Positions 22,101 to 30,622 of a stretch of 64,000 bases of DNA are shown here, in pieces (position 1 is the first letter of the stretch; each line of letters begins with the position of its first letter). Source of the DNA: Flavobacteriaceae bacterium. Lineage in GTDB: Bacteria > Bacteroidota > Bacteroidia > Flavobacteriales > Flavobacteriaceae. Location: the NCBI GenBank assembly GCA_030148025.1, contig JASBUG010000037.1:1-64000 (forward strand), given 5' to 3'. Under the pieces are notes generated by a model that was not told the origin of the DNA, searched no databases, and saw nothing but the letters and a program-made list of their open reading frames with translations. Position numbers and translations under genes: made by a program.

Positions 22101-22174
22101 AAATCATAGGTTATAATTTGCCCATAACTCAAGCTAAGCGTTAAAAAGAGAATTAAAAAAGTAATTTTTTTCAT
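19118..22174 (-). CDS. Large secreted T9SS cargo protein (Gly/Asn/Thr-rich, adhesin-like)
   Basis: Signal peptide (MKKITFLILFLTLSLSYGQ), 1018 aa, C-terminal T9SS type-A sorting domain (KIIDIQGRLVYN...YIAQVTLSSGHTITKKAIKRY). Confidence 0.6.
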   Translation of the reverse strand: MKKITFLILFLTLSLSYGQIITYDFQGALGDEVSANSNFNDAALGVSTITRGAGLVANTNLNSFSANNWAVTSIANAVAGNDYMEFTITPNAGYEFEISTIIFDIQRSGAGFAGIALRSSIDGYATNIDGEKAIADIGGTQVISFNVSQASSAVAVTYRLYGYAETVGGTGRIEGPGDNIVIHGSISSTTGIGCNISDNFSSATIGAEWTDVGGNSSHVDERLTFVTNSSVGFDYLYQDITGTYNSYLNTLSNVISWEFNMRQNRGNPSGFNSSGYGIAFVLGASNSDLTEGNGYAVTLGQGGTDDRVRLVSYTNGLDLNGNLNPIITGATDYGNEYLSIRVTYDPATDTWELFVRDDGGSFSSPVSLGAGDSQGTVVDAAFTGTSLDYIAAVYNHGTNANATGVFDNICISTSMTCTSTVTWNGAWSGAPDSTTAVIIDAPYNTGINGGSFNACSLTVNAGNTLTIGNNDFVEVENDITVDGTIIVNPEGAVVQNNNNATVTENGLIQVVKETGFLNQWYEYTYWSSPVSGETIGGGLFESQGDRRFLFNGANFLDAFYENNNDGTQIAGGGVDDIDDNGDDWTFVGDGTVMAPGVGYAATHSQAFFFFPARYQYIFEGPFNNGIYTVPVYRNDSELNDNNWNFIGNPYPSAIDADAFLAANSIIATDVAHNAALDGAIFLWSQNTAPSSTANGNENLNFAGTDYAVINAIGQTAGGDGTTPSRFIPSGQGFFVVYSDAATPDSTVGDISQGQVIFNNSMRVTGNNDTFFRTSGNSATTSKGNENKLWLNLTSDNGVFNQILVAYAKGATNADDGMAYDTRKNLSVDASAVFYSIIDDVPHKFAIQGKEINSINKDEIIKIGYSTKIDEPTIFTISAQQFEGTFLADNPIYLKDNLLNKLHNLKESDYNFTSEIGEFNERFEIGFSDEALSLNETVINEKDLSIIEYSNGLVEFNFSGNDTMASIKIIDIQGRLVYNLNASKNKESYRLDNLNQAPYIAQVTLSSGHTITKKAIKRY

Positions 22175-22251
22175 ATGCGTTAAGTTTTAATTCAGACTTG
22201 GTATTCTATTTTAAAATCTTGTTTTTATATTTCAATTAGTATTTTTGGTAT

Positions 22252-22725
22252 ATGTACCAAAAACAGACCTACACAGTAGATGAAGCCAAAAAAAAGCTTG
22301 AGTATTACTGCGCATATCAAGAACGCTGTCATAAAGAAGTTATCCAGAAACTTAAAAGTATGCACATGATACCACAAGCAATTGACGTAATTGTGGTGCA
22401 TTTGCTAAAGCATAACTTTCTCAACGAAGAACGTTTCGCCAAAACATTTGTAAGCGGTAAGCTAAAAATTAAGAAGTGGGGCAAACGTCGATTAACTTTA
22501 GAATTAAAGAAAAAAGACATCACCAAAATTAATATAAATCAAGCACTTACAGAAATAGATAATGAGGAGTATATCGAGATTTTTAATGATTTAGCCGAAA
22601 AATACCACAAAACACTTAAGGAGAATCATAAACTAAAGAAAAAGAAGAAGTTAGCCGATTATTTATTGTATCGAGGGTGGGAATCTCATTTGGTATACGA
22701 TAAGGTGAATGAATTAATAAAATAA
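22252..22725 (+). CDS. recX: Recombination regulator RecX
   Basis: 157 aa with the RecX three-helix-repeat pattern (YYCAYQERCHKEV... FAKTFV). Confidence 0.65.
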   Translation: MYQKQTYTVDEAKKKLEYYCAYQERCHKEVIQKLKSMHMIPQAIDVIVVHLLKHNFLNEERFAKTFVSGKLKIKKWGKRRLTLELKKKDITKININQALTEIDNEEYIEIFNDLAEKYHKTLKENHKLKKKKKLADYLLYRGWESHLVYDKVNELIK

Positions 22726-22753
22726 CACGATACTAATTAACATATTTATATAA

Positions 22754-23317
22754 ATGAAAAACTACATTATTCTTATTTTACTATTAAGCGTTTCTGTAAG
22801 TTTTGCTCAAAACAAAAGTGAAGCGTTACAATTTTGGGAATCCCTTCAAAACATTTGTGGAAAATCATTTGAAGGCACACTAGTATTACCTGAAAACGAT
22901 GAGCAATTTGGAGGAAAGAAATTAGTTATGCATGTACGTTCTTGTAATGAAAACGTTATTAAAATTCCCTTTTTTGTGGGTAAAGATAGATCCAGAACTT
23001 GGGTGTTAACCTATGAAAATGATCGTATTTTATTAAAGCATGATCATAGACATGAAGATGGTACTGAAGATAACATCACAATGTATGGAGGTAAAACTAC
23101 TAATGCTGGGCAAGCTACAATTCAAATTTTCCCTGCAGATGAAGAAACTAAACAGCTAATTCCAGCTGCATCTACAAATGTTTGGTGGATGACTTTAAAA
23201 GATCATGTGTTCAGTTATAATTTGAGACGTCTGGGAACACCAAGAGTATTTAGAGTTACCTTTGATCTTACAAAAGAAATAGAAACACCATTAGCCCCTT
23301 GGGGATGGAAAGATTAA
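22754..23317 (+). CDS. Secreted hypothetical protein
   Basis: Signal peptide (LLLSVSVSFAQ). No recognisable motif. Confidence 0.4.
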   Translation: MKNYIILILLLSVSVSFAQNKSEALQFWESLQNICGKSFEGTLVLPENDEQFGGKKLVMHVRSCNENVIKIPFFVGKDRSRTWVLTYENDRILLKHDHRHEDGTEDNITMYGGKTTNAGQATIQIFPADEETKQLIPAASTNVWWMTLKDHVFSYNLRRLGTPRVFRVTFDLTKEIETPLAPWGWKD

Positions 23318-24183
23318 TTTTTTTGAAGTTCTTTATTTGTTCTAATAATGGCTTGTTGATTTTTCCAATCAATCCATTTTTGCCCTTTCATACGCCGCAT
23401 TAGATTATCAAAATGACGCATTACAAATATATTATAAATGGCTTTTCCTAAGTTCTTTGGTTTTCTTGCTATGGCGCGTAAACTCATAGAGAACCCTGGA
23501 GTGATGTAGCGCATATAGTGCCACCAGCCTTCGGGCATATATAAAATATTTCCGTGTTCTAGATTTGCAACATAGCCTTTAGCATTTTTAAGTGCAGGCC
23601 ATTTTTCAAAATCGGGATTAGCAAAGTCTATATCTTCTCTAGTAATTAGAGAATGTGGAATCTTGTAAAGATGTTTGTTTTGTTTCTGGTCGAACAAAAT
23701 ACATTGCTTCTTTCCTTCAAAGTGGAAATGAAATATGTTGGCCAAATCTATGTCGTAATGCATGAAAGTATATGAGTTTGTACCTCCAAAGAATAGCATT
23801 GGTAAACCTTTCATTAATCTTAATCCAAAATCGGGAAATTTAAAATCTTTTTGTAATTGAGGGACTTCTTTTAGAATATTCCACAGAAAAATTCGAAATT
23901 TAGTAGGTTCTTTTTTCAAGAGATCAACATACTCACTCATTTTCATAGTGGCATGAGGTTCATTAAACCCATCTTTGTAATCTACAGGTCTGTCATCGTA
24001 TAAAGGAACTGTTTTATCGCCTGCAACATCTTTCATATAGTCCAAATTCCACTTAGAGTAAGCTGGCCAATCTTCAATAAAACGCTCAATAACTACTGGT
24101 TTTTGAGGTTTAAAGTAATTTTTAATAAACTCCTCTTTTGTAATGGTTTTAACTCTAGGAACTTCTTGAAGATTTAATTTCAT
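23314..24183 (-). CDS. Cupin-like / JmjC-domain protein
   Basis: FFGGTNSYTFMHYDIDLANIFHFHFEGKKQCILF matches the JmjC/cupin_8 metal-binding pattern (H.D...H). Confidence 0.55.
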   Translation of the reverse strand: MKLNLQEVPRVKTITKEEFIKNYFKPQKPVVIERFIEDWPAYSKWNLDYMKDVAGDKTVPLYDDRPVDYKDGFNEPHATMKMSEYVDLLKKEPTKFRIFLWNILKEVPQLQKDFKFPDFGLRLMKGLPMLFFGGTNSYTFMHYDIDLANIFHFHFEGKKQCILFDQKQNKHLYKIPHSLITREDIDFANPDFEKWPALKNAKGYVANLEHGNILYMPEGWWHYMRYITPGFSMSLRAIARKPKNLGKAIYNIFVMRHFDNLMRRMKGQKWIDWKNQQAIIRTNKELQKN

Positions 24184-24291
24184 CTAATATTTCTCTTTTT
24201 AAAAAGCGAATTGAAAATGCTATTAATTGTAATAAGGTTTCAAAGTTAAGAAAACGTTACCAAAGGTAAAATTATTGCGGGAGGTTTGAAT

Positions 24292-24326
24292 GAAAAAAGG
24301 CATTTCAATGGAGTTTGAAATGCCTT
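24292..24326 (-). terminator. Rho-independent terminator of bioB
   Basis: A perfect 11 bp stem (aggcatttcaa / ttgaaatgcct) with a U run on the minus strand. Confidence 0.7.
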
Positions 24327-24352
24327 TGTATAGTATTGTAAAAGCTATCTGT

Positions 24353-25447
24353 TTACTTAAGTGCTTTAGCCTTAGTTTTAGCAGCTTCGTTACGTTCTAT
24401 TTTATGTTCAGGTCTGGACCATTTTGGTTTTTCGCCAAGCGCTTCAAATTTAGAGTCTTTAGCCTCAACTGTTGGAGGGTGTACATTTTTTAAGAAAGGT
24501 TTTTGCGGTTGTAACCCTAATGCCTTAAACATATCCATATCCTCATTTACATCAGGATTTGGAGTTGTAAGTAGCTTGTCTCCGGCAAAAATTGAGTTTG
24601 CACCAGCAAAGAAACACATAGCTTGACCTTCGCGAGTCATTTGTGTACGACCAGCACTTAAACGTACTTGTGTTTCAGGCATTACAATTCGTGTTGTAGC
24701 CACCATACGTACCATATCCCAAATTTCAACAGGCTCTTCATCTTCCATTGGAGTACCATCTACAGCTACTAAAGCGTTGATTGGTACAGATTCTGGTTGT
24801 GGGTTTAATGTAGACAAAGCTACGAGCATTCCAGCACGATCTTCTTCTTTTTCACCCATACCAATAATACCACCACTACAAACGGTTACATTGGTTTTTC
24901 TAACATTGTCTATGGTTTGTAAGCGATCTTCAAATCCACGAGTAGAGATTACTTCTTTATAATATTCTTCAGAAGTATCCAAGTTATGGTTATAAGCATA
25001 TAGTCCAGCTTCTGCTAAACGTTGCGCTTGATTTTCGGTAAGCATACCAAGGGTACAACAAACTTCCATATCTAGCTTGTTTATGGTGCGTACCATTTCT
25101 AATACCTGATCAAATTCAGGACCGTCTTTTACATTTCGCCAAGCGGCTCCCATACAAACTCTGGAGCTTCCAGAAGCTTTCGCACGTAAAGCTTGTGCTT
25201 TTACTTGCTGTACGCTCATAAGGTCGTTCCCTTCAATGTCGGTATGATATCTTGCAGCTTGTGGACAGTATCCACAATCTTCAGGGCAACCACCAGTTTT
25301 GATAGACAGTAATGTGCTTACTTGTACCACATTAGGATCGTGATGCTTACGATGTATGGTTGCTGCTTCATAAAGCAACTCCATTAGTGGCTTATTATAT
25401 ATTTCTAGAATTTCTTCTTTGGTCCAATTGTGTTTCATTTCACTCAT
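24353..25447 (-). CDS. bioB: Biotin synthase (radical SAM), with a ~45 aa basic C-terminal extension
   Basis: CPEDCGYCPQ radical-SAM cluster motif. Overall BioB pattern. Confidence 0.9.
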   Translation of the reverse strand: MSEMKHNWTKEEILEIYNKPLMELLYEAATIHRKHHDPNVVQVSTLLSIKTGGCPEDCGYCPQAARYHTDIEGNDLMSVQQVKAQALRAKASGSSRVCMGAAWRNVKDGPEFDQVLEMVRTINKLDMEVCCTLGMLTENQAQRLAEAGLYAYNHNLDTSEEYYKEVISTRGFEDRLQTIDNVRKTNVTVCSGGIIGMGEKEEDRAGMLVALSTLNPQPESVPINALVAVDGTPMEDEEPVEIWDMVRMVATTRIVMPETQVRLSAGRTQMTREGQAMCFFAGANSIFAGDKLLTTPNPDVNEDMDMFKALGLQPQKPFLKNVHPPTVEAKDSKFEALGEKPKWSRPEHKIERNEAAKTKAKALK

Positions 25448-25502
25448 GCTGCAAAAATAAGAAAACAGAAGTTTAGGAGCTCTTTTTTTGGGGAGTATAA
25501 AT

Positions 25503-25530
25503 AAAAAAACTCGCTTTTAAAGCGAGTTTT
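25503..25530 (-). terminator. Rho-independent terminator of the flotillin gene
   Basis: A ctcgctt / aagcgag stem with a U run on the minus strand. Confidence 0.55.
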
Positions 25531-25534
25531 GGTA

Positions 25535-26959
25535 TTAATCGGATTCTGAGCTTTGATTCTCAGTTTCTTCTTCCTCTTTGTTTTTTTGTTGTTTCCCTTT
25601 AAGGTATTCAGGGAGTTCCATGCCAGCCATATTAAACATTTCTTGTAATGGTGGAACCGATTGGTACAAGCCAGAAAGGAAATTTGCTGTCGAGGTTTTT
25701 CCATCTTTTGAATTGCCGCCTTCCCAAACAGTAACCTTATCAATTTTAATGTTCTTGATAGCTTCAGCTTGAGTTTTTACTAGTTCAGGTAACTTGTCTG
25801 CAATCAATAACAATGCAGCATCTTGAGAATTGTTGCCAGCTGCCTTTACAATTTGATCTAAACCAGCTGCTTGCTTTGTTAATACTTCATAAAGTCCTTG
25901 TGCTTCTGCTTGTGCTTTAAAAAGGATCGCATCAGCTTCACCTTTTGCACGGCGACGGATTCTTTCAGCTTCAGCTTCAGCATCAATTTCAACCTTGCGT
26001 TTATCAATTTCAGCAGGAACAATGATATCAGCTAATTGAGAAGAACGTTCACGATCTGCTCTAGCAACTTCGGCATCTTGTTCAGCTGCATAAGATTCTT
26101 CAAGTGCTTTTGCCGTTTGTACTTTCTCTGAAGCAATTGCTAAACGCTCTGCTTCTGCTTCTCGTTGTCTACGTTGAGCATTGGAATTGGCCATTTCAAT
26201 TTTTGCCGTATTTTCTCCATCTACTGCTTTTGCATTGGCAGCTGCTACTTGAGTTCTTTCATCTTGAAGTGCATTTGCTTCACCAATAGAACCATCTCTG
26301 GTTTTTTCGGCTACAGATTTACGAGCCGCGTTTATTGCATGAGCAGCAGCTTCTTTACCAAGTGCCTCTATATATCCAGATTCGTCAACAATATCGGTAA
26401 TGTTTACGTTGATGAGTTTTAAACCAACCTTTTTAAGCTCAGATTCCACACTCTCAGAGATATTACTCAAAAATTTATCTCTATCTGAGTTAATTTCTTC
26501 AATATCCATAGATGCAACTACTAAACGTAATTGTCCAAAAATGATTTCTTGAGCTAGTTCTTGGATTTCATTTTGACCTAAACCAAGTAAACGTTCAGCA
26601 GCATTTTGCATAATTCCTGGCTCTGTTGAAATACCAATGGTAAATCGTGAAGGTACATTAACTCTAATGTTTTGCTTACTTAATGCATTTACTAAATTTA
26701 CTTCTATTGAAATAGGAGTTAAATCTAAAAATTCATAGTCTTGAATGACTGGAAGAATAAAAGCAGCTCCACCATGTATACATTTAGCAGATTTACCACC
26801 ACCTACTTTTCCATAAACCACAAGGATTCTGTCAGAAGGACAGCGTTTATATCTACGGATTAATACTATTATTAAAATGAAAATAAATAGAATTGCAAAC
26901 CCAATAGTTATAAGTGAGCCAAAGCCTTCGAGTCCTTGCATTAAAAATATGTTACGCAT
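25535..26959 (-). CDS. Flotillin-like SPFH/band-7 protein (YqiK-like)
   Basis: N-terminal TM segment, SPFH domain, long Ala/Glu-rich coiled coil and an acidic C-terminus. The start is taken at MRNIF to remove the overlap with NfeD. Confidence 0.75.
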   Translation of the reverse strand: MRNIFLMQGLEGFGSLITIGFAILFIFILIIVLIRRYKRCPSDRILVVYGKVGGGKSAKCIHGGAAFILPVIQDYEFLDLTPISIEVNLVNALSKQNIRVNVPSRFTIGISTEPGIMQNAAERLLGLGQNEIQELAQEIIFGQLRLVVASMDIEEINSDRDKFLSNISESVESELKKVGLKLINVNITDIVDESGYIEALGKEAAAHAINAARKSVAEKTRDGSIGEANALQDERTQVAAANAKAVDGENTAKIEMANSNAQRRQREAEAERLAIASEKVQTAKALEESYAAEQDAEVARADRERSSQLADIIVPAEIDKRKVEIDAEAEAERIRRRAKGEADAILFKAQAEAQGLYEVLTKQAAGLDQIVKAAGNNSQDAALLLIADKLPELVKTQAEAIKNIKIDKVTVWEGGNSKDGKTSTANFLSGLYQSVPPLQEMFNMAGMELPEYLKGKQQKNKEEEETENQSSESD

Positions 26960-26963
26960 ATAA

Positions 26964-27542
26964 TTATTTTTTAAGTTGTTCAACAATTAATATCCCGTTT
27001 GAAGTAATATCAGTTACTTCGATAACGGTTCCAGTTTTTAAATCGATGTCATGGTTTGTTAGTGCTTCCAGTTCCCTTAAAGCTCCTTGAACCTTAACCA
27101 TCACTTTTCCAATTTTTGATTGGTTTGCTCCTATAGGTAAGTAAACCTCTCCAATAGCACCTTTAGCATTCTTTAGCTGAAGAGTACCACTACTTTTCAA
27201 TTTGCTTATTTGTAACACTAAAAATGCCATAATGAACATCATTACTAAACCACAAATTGTAGAAATAATAATAGTTAACGGTTTAGAAATATCAGCATCA
27301 ATGCATGAAATACCAGACCATCCAAAAATTGTAAAAAATGCTACGAGATTTTTAAATGAAAAAAACTGAAAGCCAATTCCGGTATCGCCATCAATGTCAG
27401 CATCGACATCACCATCTATATCGTCTCCATCTGCACCCATGATAGTTGAAATTAAAACGAAAATAAAAAGGAGTGACCCAATACCAGCTATAATCCAATA
27501 TGCTTTCTCAAATACAGAAAGCGCAGAAAACCATTGTTCCAT
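26964..27542 (-). CDS. NfeD-like membrane protein (YqiJ-like), partner of the flotillin
   Basis: TM segments plus a C-terminal OB-fold-like region. Sits immediately upstream of the flotillin, the classic yqiJ-yqiK arrangement. Carries an acidic repeat (GADGDDIDGDVDADIDGDTG). Confidence 0.6.
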   Translation of the reverse strand: MEQWFSALSVFEKAYWIIAGIGSLLFIFVLISTIMGADGDDIDGDVDADIDGDTGIGFQFFSFKNLVAFFTIFGWSGISCIDADISKPLTIIISTICGLVMMFIMAFLVLQISKLKSSGTLQLKNAKGAIGEVYLPIGANQSKIGKVMVKVQGALRELEALTNHDIDLKTGTVIEVTDITSNGILIVEQLKK

Positions 27543-27639
27543 AATACCAAATTTTAAGTGTTAGAAATATAGAAACTTTGCTCAAGTAAAGCAAAATTTA
27601 TCCACAACATTTTTAAGAAAAAACTTTCTCGAAATGAGG

Positions 27640-28842
27640 TTATTTAGAAAGTAAGACGGACACAGCATTTCCTCCAAACCCAACCGCATTAACTAGTATG
27701 TTGTTGATGTTTTTTGGAGTTTGACTATTATTTAAAGGTGTTGCAACGAATTGTTGTTTTTGAAGCATAAGAATCGCGAGTTCTATACTTAACATCCCTG
27801 AAGGCCCTAGAGTATGTCCTACTTTCCACTTATTAGTAGTTAATGCAGGAATTTTGTTACAAAAAATTGTTTTAATTGCGTTTATTTCAGCAAGATCACC
27901 TTTTACAGTACCAGGTGTGTGGGTTACAATTATATCAATGTCTTCAGGTGGAACCTCTCCTAAAGCCATACGCATAGAGTCTTGGAAACATTGTGCATTT
28001 GTAGATAGAGAAGCATTGTGTTCTAATACCTCTGTAGCATAGCCAATTCCCTTAATTATGGCTAAGGCATTAACTTTTTTACCTTGCTCTAAACAAGCAA
28101 CCGAAGCACCTTCACCTAAAATCATGGTGTTTTTTTTCTTTTCGGTATCTAGTGCTTTACATGGATAATTTTTATATCCTTTGGAATAGATTTTTAGTGC
28201 CTGCATTTGAGCCACAGTAAACGACGTTAATGGCGCTTCACTACCACCAACTAAAAATTTATCGGTCATCCCCGAATTGATCCAAGCCACACCATTTAAC
28301 AAGGCGTGAAGTGCAGTAGAACAAGTAATAGAATGACTAATTTCTGGCCCTTTGGTTTGGAGATCATGTGCTACCCAAGTAGAAATATTACCGAGTGTAG
28401 TTGTTGGTGATGACAAAGTGTTGGTTTTATTTGTCCCCAAAAATTCCTTGTAATAGTCTTCAAATAATTTTGTGGCACCTCGTGAAGAACCAATGTTAAT
28501 ACCAAAGTTGTCACTACCATTCCAACCGGCCATTTTTATAGCATTTCTGGACGCAAAAATTGCAAAAAGTACAGAGTTATCTAAGGATCTATATTTGTTG
28601 TCAGACTTCTTGAGTGCTTCTATTTCTTCTTTCAGGATATTTGGTAAAAATGCAGCAAGTGCTTTTCCGTGTGAGAATGTATTCTCAGTAAAACAGTGTA
28701 AGTTGTTTAGATAGTTTTCCCAAACAGTATCAAGGTCACTTCCTAAAGGAGAAACCGAACTAATTGCTGTTATTGAAATAGGTTTGTGCACTTGTTTTTT
28801 CTTTCGGCAAAAATACAGGTATTTAAAAAAGGAGCATAGCAA
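27640..28842 (-). CDS. Beta-ketoacyl-ACP synthase I/II-like condensing enzyme
   Basis: Cys-His-His triad motifs are present: CSTALHAL, HTPGT, GHTLGPSG and GFGGN. The real start may be the GTG at 28791 (VHKPISITAI). Confidence 0.65.
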   Translation of the reverse strand: MLCSFFKYLYFCRKKKQVHKPISITAISSVSPLGSDLDTVWENYLNNLHCFTENTFSHGKALAAFLPNILKEEIEALKKSDNKYRSLDNSVLFAIFASRNAIKMAGWNGSDNFGINIGSSRGATKLFEDYYKEFLGTNKTNTLSSPTTTLGNISTWVAHDLQTKGPEISHSITCSTALHALLNGVAWINSGMTDKFLVGGSEAPLTSFTVAQMQALKIYSKGYKNYPCKALDTEKKKNTMILGEGASVACLEQGKKVNALAIIKGIGYATEVLEHNASLSTNAQCFQDSMRMALGEVPPEDIDIIVTHTPGTVKGDLAEINAIKTIFCNKIPALTTNKWKVGHTLGPSGMLSIELAILMLQKQQFVATPLNNSQTPKNINNILVNAVGFGGNAVSVLLSK

Positions 28843-28896
28843 AAATGTAACAATTAGATAGTATAAATGACTTACCTTTATAGAAAGCTATTATTT

Positions 28897-29328
28897 ATGG
28901 AACAAGTCAAGAAGAAAAGTTGGATTGGAAGAAATTGGCCATGGGTATTACCTGTTGGTGGTTGTTTAACAGTTATTTTTCTCCTTATTTTTGGGATTGG
29001 AGCTATATTTTTTGGAGTTACTAAAGCTATAAAGAATTCTACACCTTACGAATATGCAGTTGAGCTTGCGCAAAACGATCCTGATGTTATTAATGCTTTA
29101 GGTGAACGAATAGAAACAGACGGGATGCTTAGTGGTAATATTTCTATTAATAATGATGGAGGTGATGTTAATTTTGTAATTCCATTAAAAGGATCCAGAG
29201 GCAAAGGTTCGTTGACTGTAATTGGAGAGAGAATTGATGGCGAATGGGTTTATGAGGAACTCTATGTATTAGTAAAGGAGACCAACGAAAAAATTAACCT
29301 ATTAGAAAAAATATTAGAGGGAATCTAA
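28897..29328 (+). CDS. Coa1-like (cytochrome oxidase assembly factor 1 family) small membrane protein; paralog 1
   Basis: KSWIGRNWPWVLPVGGCL TM anchor followed by a small domain. It is a paralog of 41943-42377. The start is taken at MEQVKKKSW. Confidence 0.45.
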   Translation: MEQVKKKSWIGRNWPWVLPVGGCLTVIFLLIFGIGAIFFGVTKAIKNSTPYEYAVELAQNDPDVINALGERIETDGMLSGNISINNDGGDVNFVIPLKGSRGKGSLTVIGERIDGEWVYEELYVLVKETNEKINLLEKILEGI

Positions 29329-30579
29329 CGCTTTTTCAATGGTGTTATAAACCTTATCTAATTGCTTTTTTGTAATTACAAAAGGCGCTAAAATATAAAT
29401 GGTATTTCCTAACGGACGTAAGCAAACCCCATTATCCATAAAGAATTTGAACAGCTTATTTCTCAAATTTCCATAGCGTTCCATTTCAATATCTAGATCA
29501 AGTGCGTATATGACACCTAGTTGACGAGTTCGAGCTACTTTAGGATGTTTTTTGATATGCACATCAAAAGTTTTATGAGCTTCAATAATTGTTTGAATGT
29601 TAGCTTGAATGTCTTCAGATCGCAATAATTCGATTCCCGCCAGAGCAGCAGTACATGCTATTGGATTAGCCGAATAGGTGTGCCCATGAAAAAACCCTTT
29701 TGCAATATCATCACTTAAAAAAGCATTGTATATTTTTTCAGAACAAGATGTAATTGCCATTGGCACCAAGCCTCCTGTTAAAGATTTAGCTAAACATATA
29801 ATATCTGGTTGATTGGTTAAATGTTCTGAAGCAAAGTGTTTCCCTGTTTTCCCAAACCCAGTCATGACTTCATCTGCAATAGCTAAGGCACCATATTCTT
29901 TGACAATATCAAGCAATTCATCTAAGAGATCTGCATCATACATTTTCATTGCTGCAGCTCCTTGCACTAAAGGTTCATAGATAAAGGCTGCTACTTTTTC
30001 GGTTTTAAGTATTTCAACGAGTTGTTGTTTAACTGACTCAAAATTATCTTTAGTTGGTACTGGAATTCTAGCAACGTCAATAAAAAACTCTTCAAAAGGA
30101 CCATTGTAAACCGATAATCCAGAAACACTCATAGCTCCAAAGGTATCACCATGAAACCCATCTTCTAAGGCAATAATTTTTCCACGTTTTTCACCATTAT
30201 TAAAATGGTATTGTAATGCCATTTTAATAGCCACATCTACAGAGGTAGATCCGTTATCACTAAAAAATACTTTTTCCTGATTCTTTGGAAGAATATCTAT
30301 TAGAGCTTCCGATAATTTTATAGCAGGTTCATGTGTAAATCCAGCAAATACCACATGATCTAGTTGCTGCATTTGTTCAGCAACTTTAGAGGTTATATAA
30401 TCATTACAATGTCCATACATGCAAGTATACCAGGACGCAATTCCATCAATATATTCATTGCCTTGTTCGTCAAACAATAAAGCTTCTTTTGCTTTAGTTA
30501 TCGCTAAATGATCTGGATGTAATTTATGCTGTGTTAATGGGTGCCACAGATGTTTTTTATCGCGTTCTTGTAATGACAT
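29314..30579 (-). CDS. bioA: Adenosylmethionine-8-amino-7-oxononanoate aminotransferase
   Basis: HLWHP...DGIASWY...FSDNGSTSVDVAIKMALQY...GFHGDTFGAMSV matches BioA closely. Confidence 0.9.
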   Translation of the reverse strand: MSLQERDKKHLWHPLTQHKLHPDHLAITKAKEALLFDEQGNEYIDGIASWYTCMYGHCNDYITSKVAEQMQQLDHVVFAGFTHEPAIKLSEALIDILPKNQEKVFFSDNGSTSVDVAIKMALQYHFNNGEKRGKIIALEDGFHGDTFGAMSVSGLSVYNGPFEEFFIDVARIPVPTKDNFESVKQQLVEILKTEKVAAFIYEPLVQGAAAMKMYDADLLDELLDIVKEYGALAIADEVMTGFGKTGKHFASEHLTNQPDIICLAKSLTGGLVPMAITSCSEKIYNAFLSDDIAKGFFHGHTYSANPIACTAALAGIELLRSEDIQANIQTIIEAHKTFDVHIKKHPKVARTRQLGVIYALDLDIEMERYGNLRNKLFKFFMDNGVCLRPLGNTIYILAPFVITKKQLDKVYNTIEKALDSL

Positions 30580-30622
30580 TTATTTCCTCTTAAAAGATGG
30601 GTCAAATGTACAATAGTCATAA

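Noticed and set aside
24290-24493. 67 aa plus-strand ORF over the bioB terminator hairpin
   Set aside because: It reads through the 11 bp terminator stem and the bioB 3' end, and has no motif.
25444-25743. 99 aa ORF spanning the bioB-flotillin intergenic terminator
   Set aside because: It runs through a rho-independent terminator and the flotillin 3' end on the same strand. It is Lys-rich from poly-A/T sequence.
26104-26422. Leu/His-rich plus-strand ORFs inside the flotillin gene
   Set aside because: They are the mirror frame of an Ala/Glu-rich coiled-coil coding region. Spurious.
27543-27639. Weak hairpin (tttgct...agcaaa) between the KAS-like gene and NfeD
   Set aside because: Only a 6 bp AT-rich stem. 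Insufficient to call a terminator.
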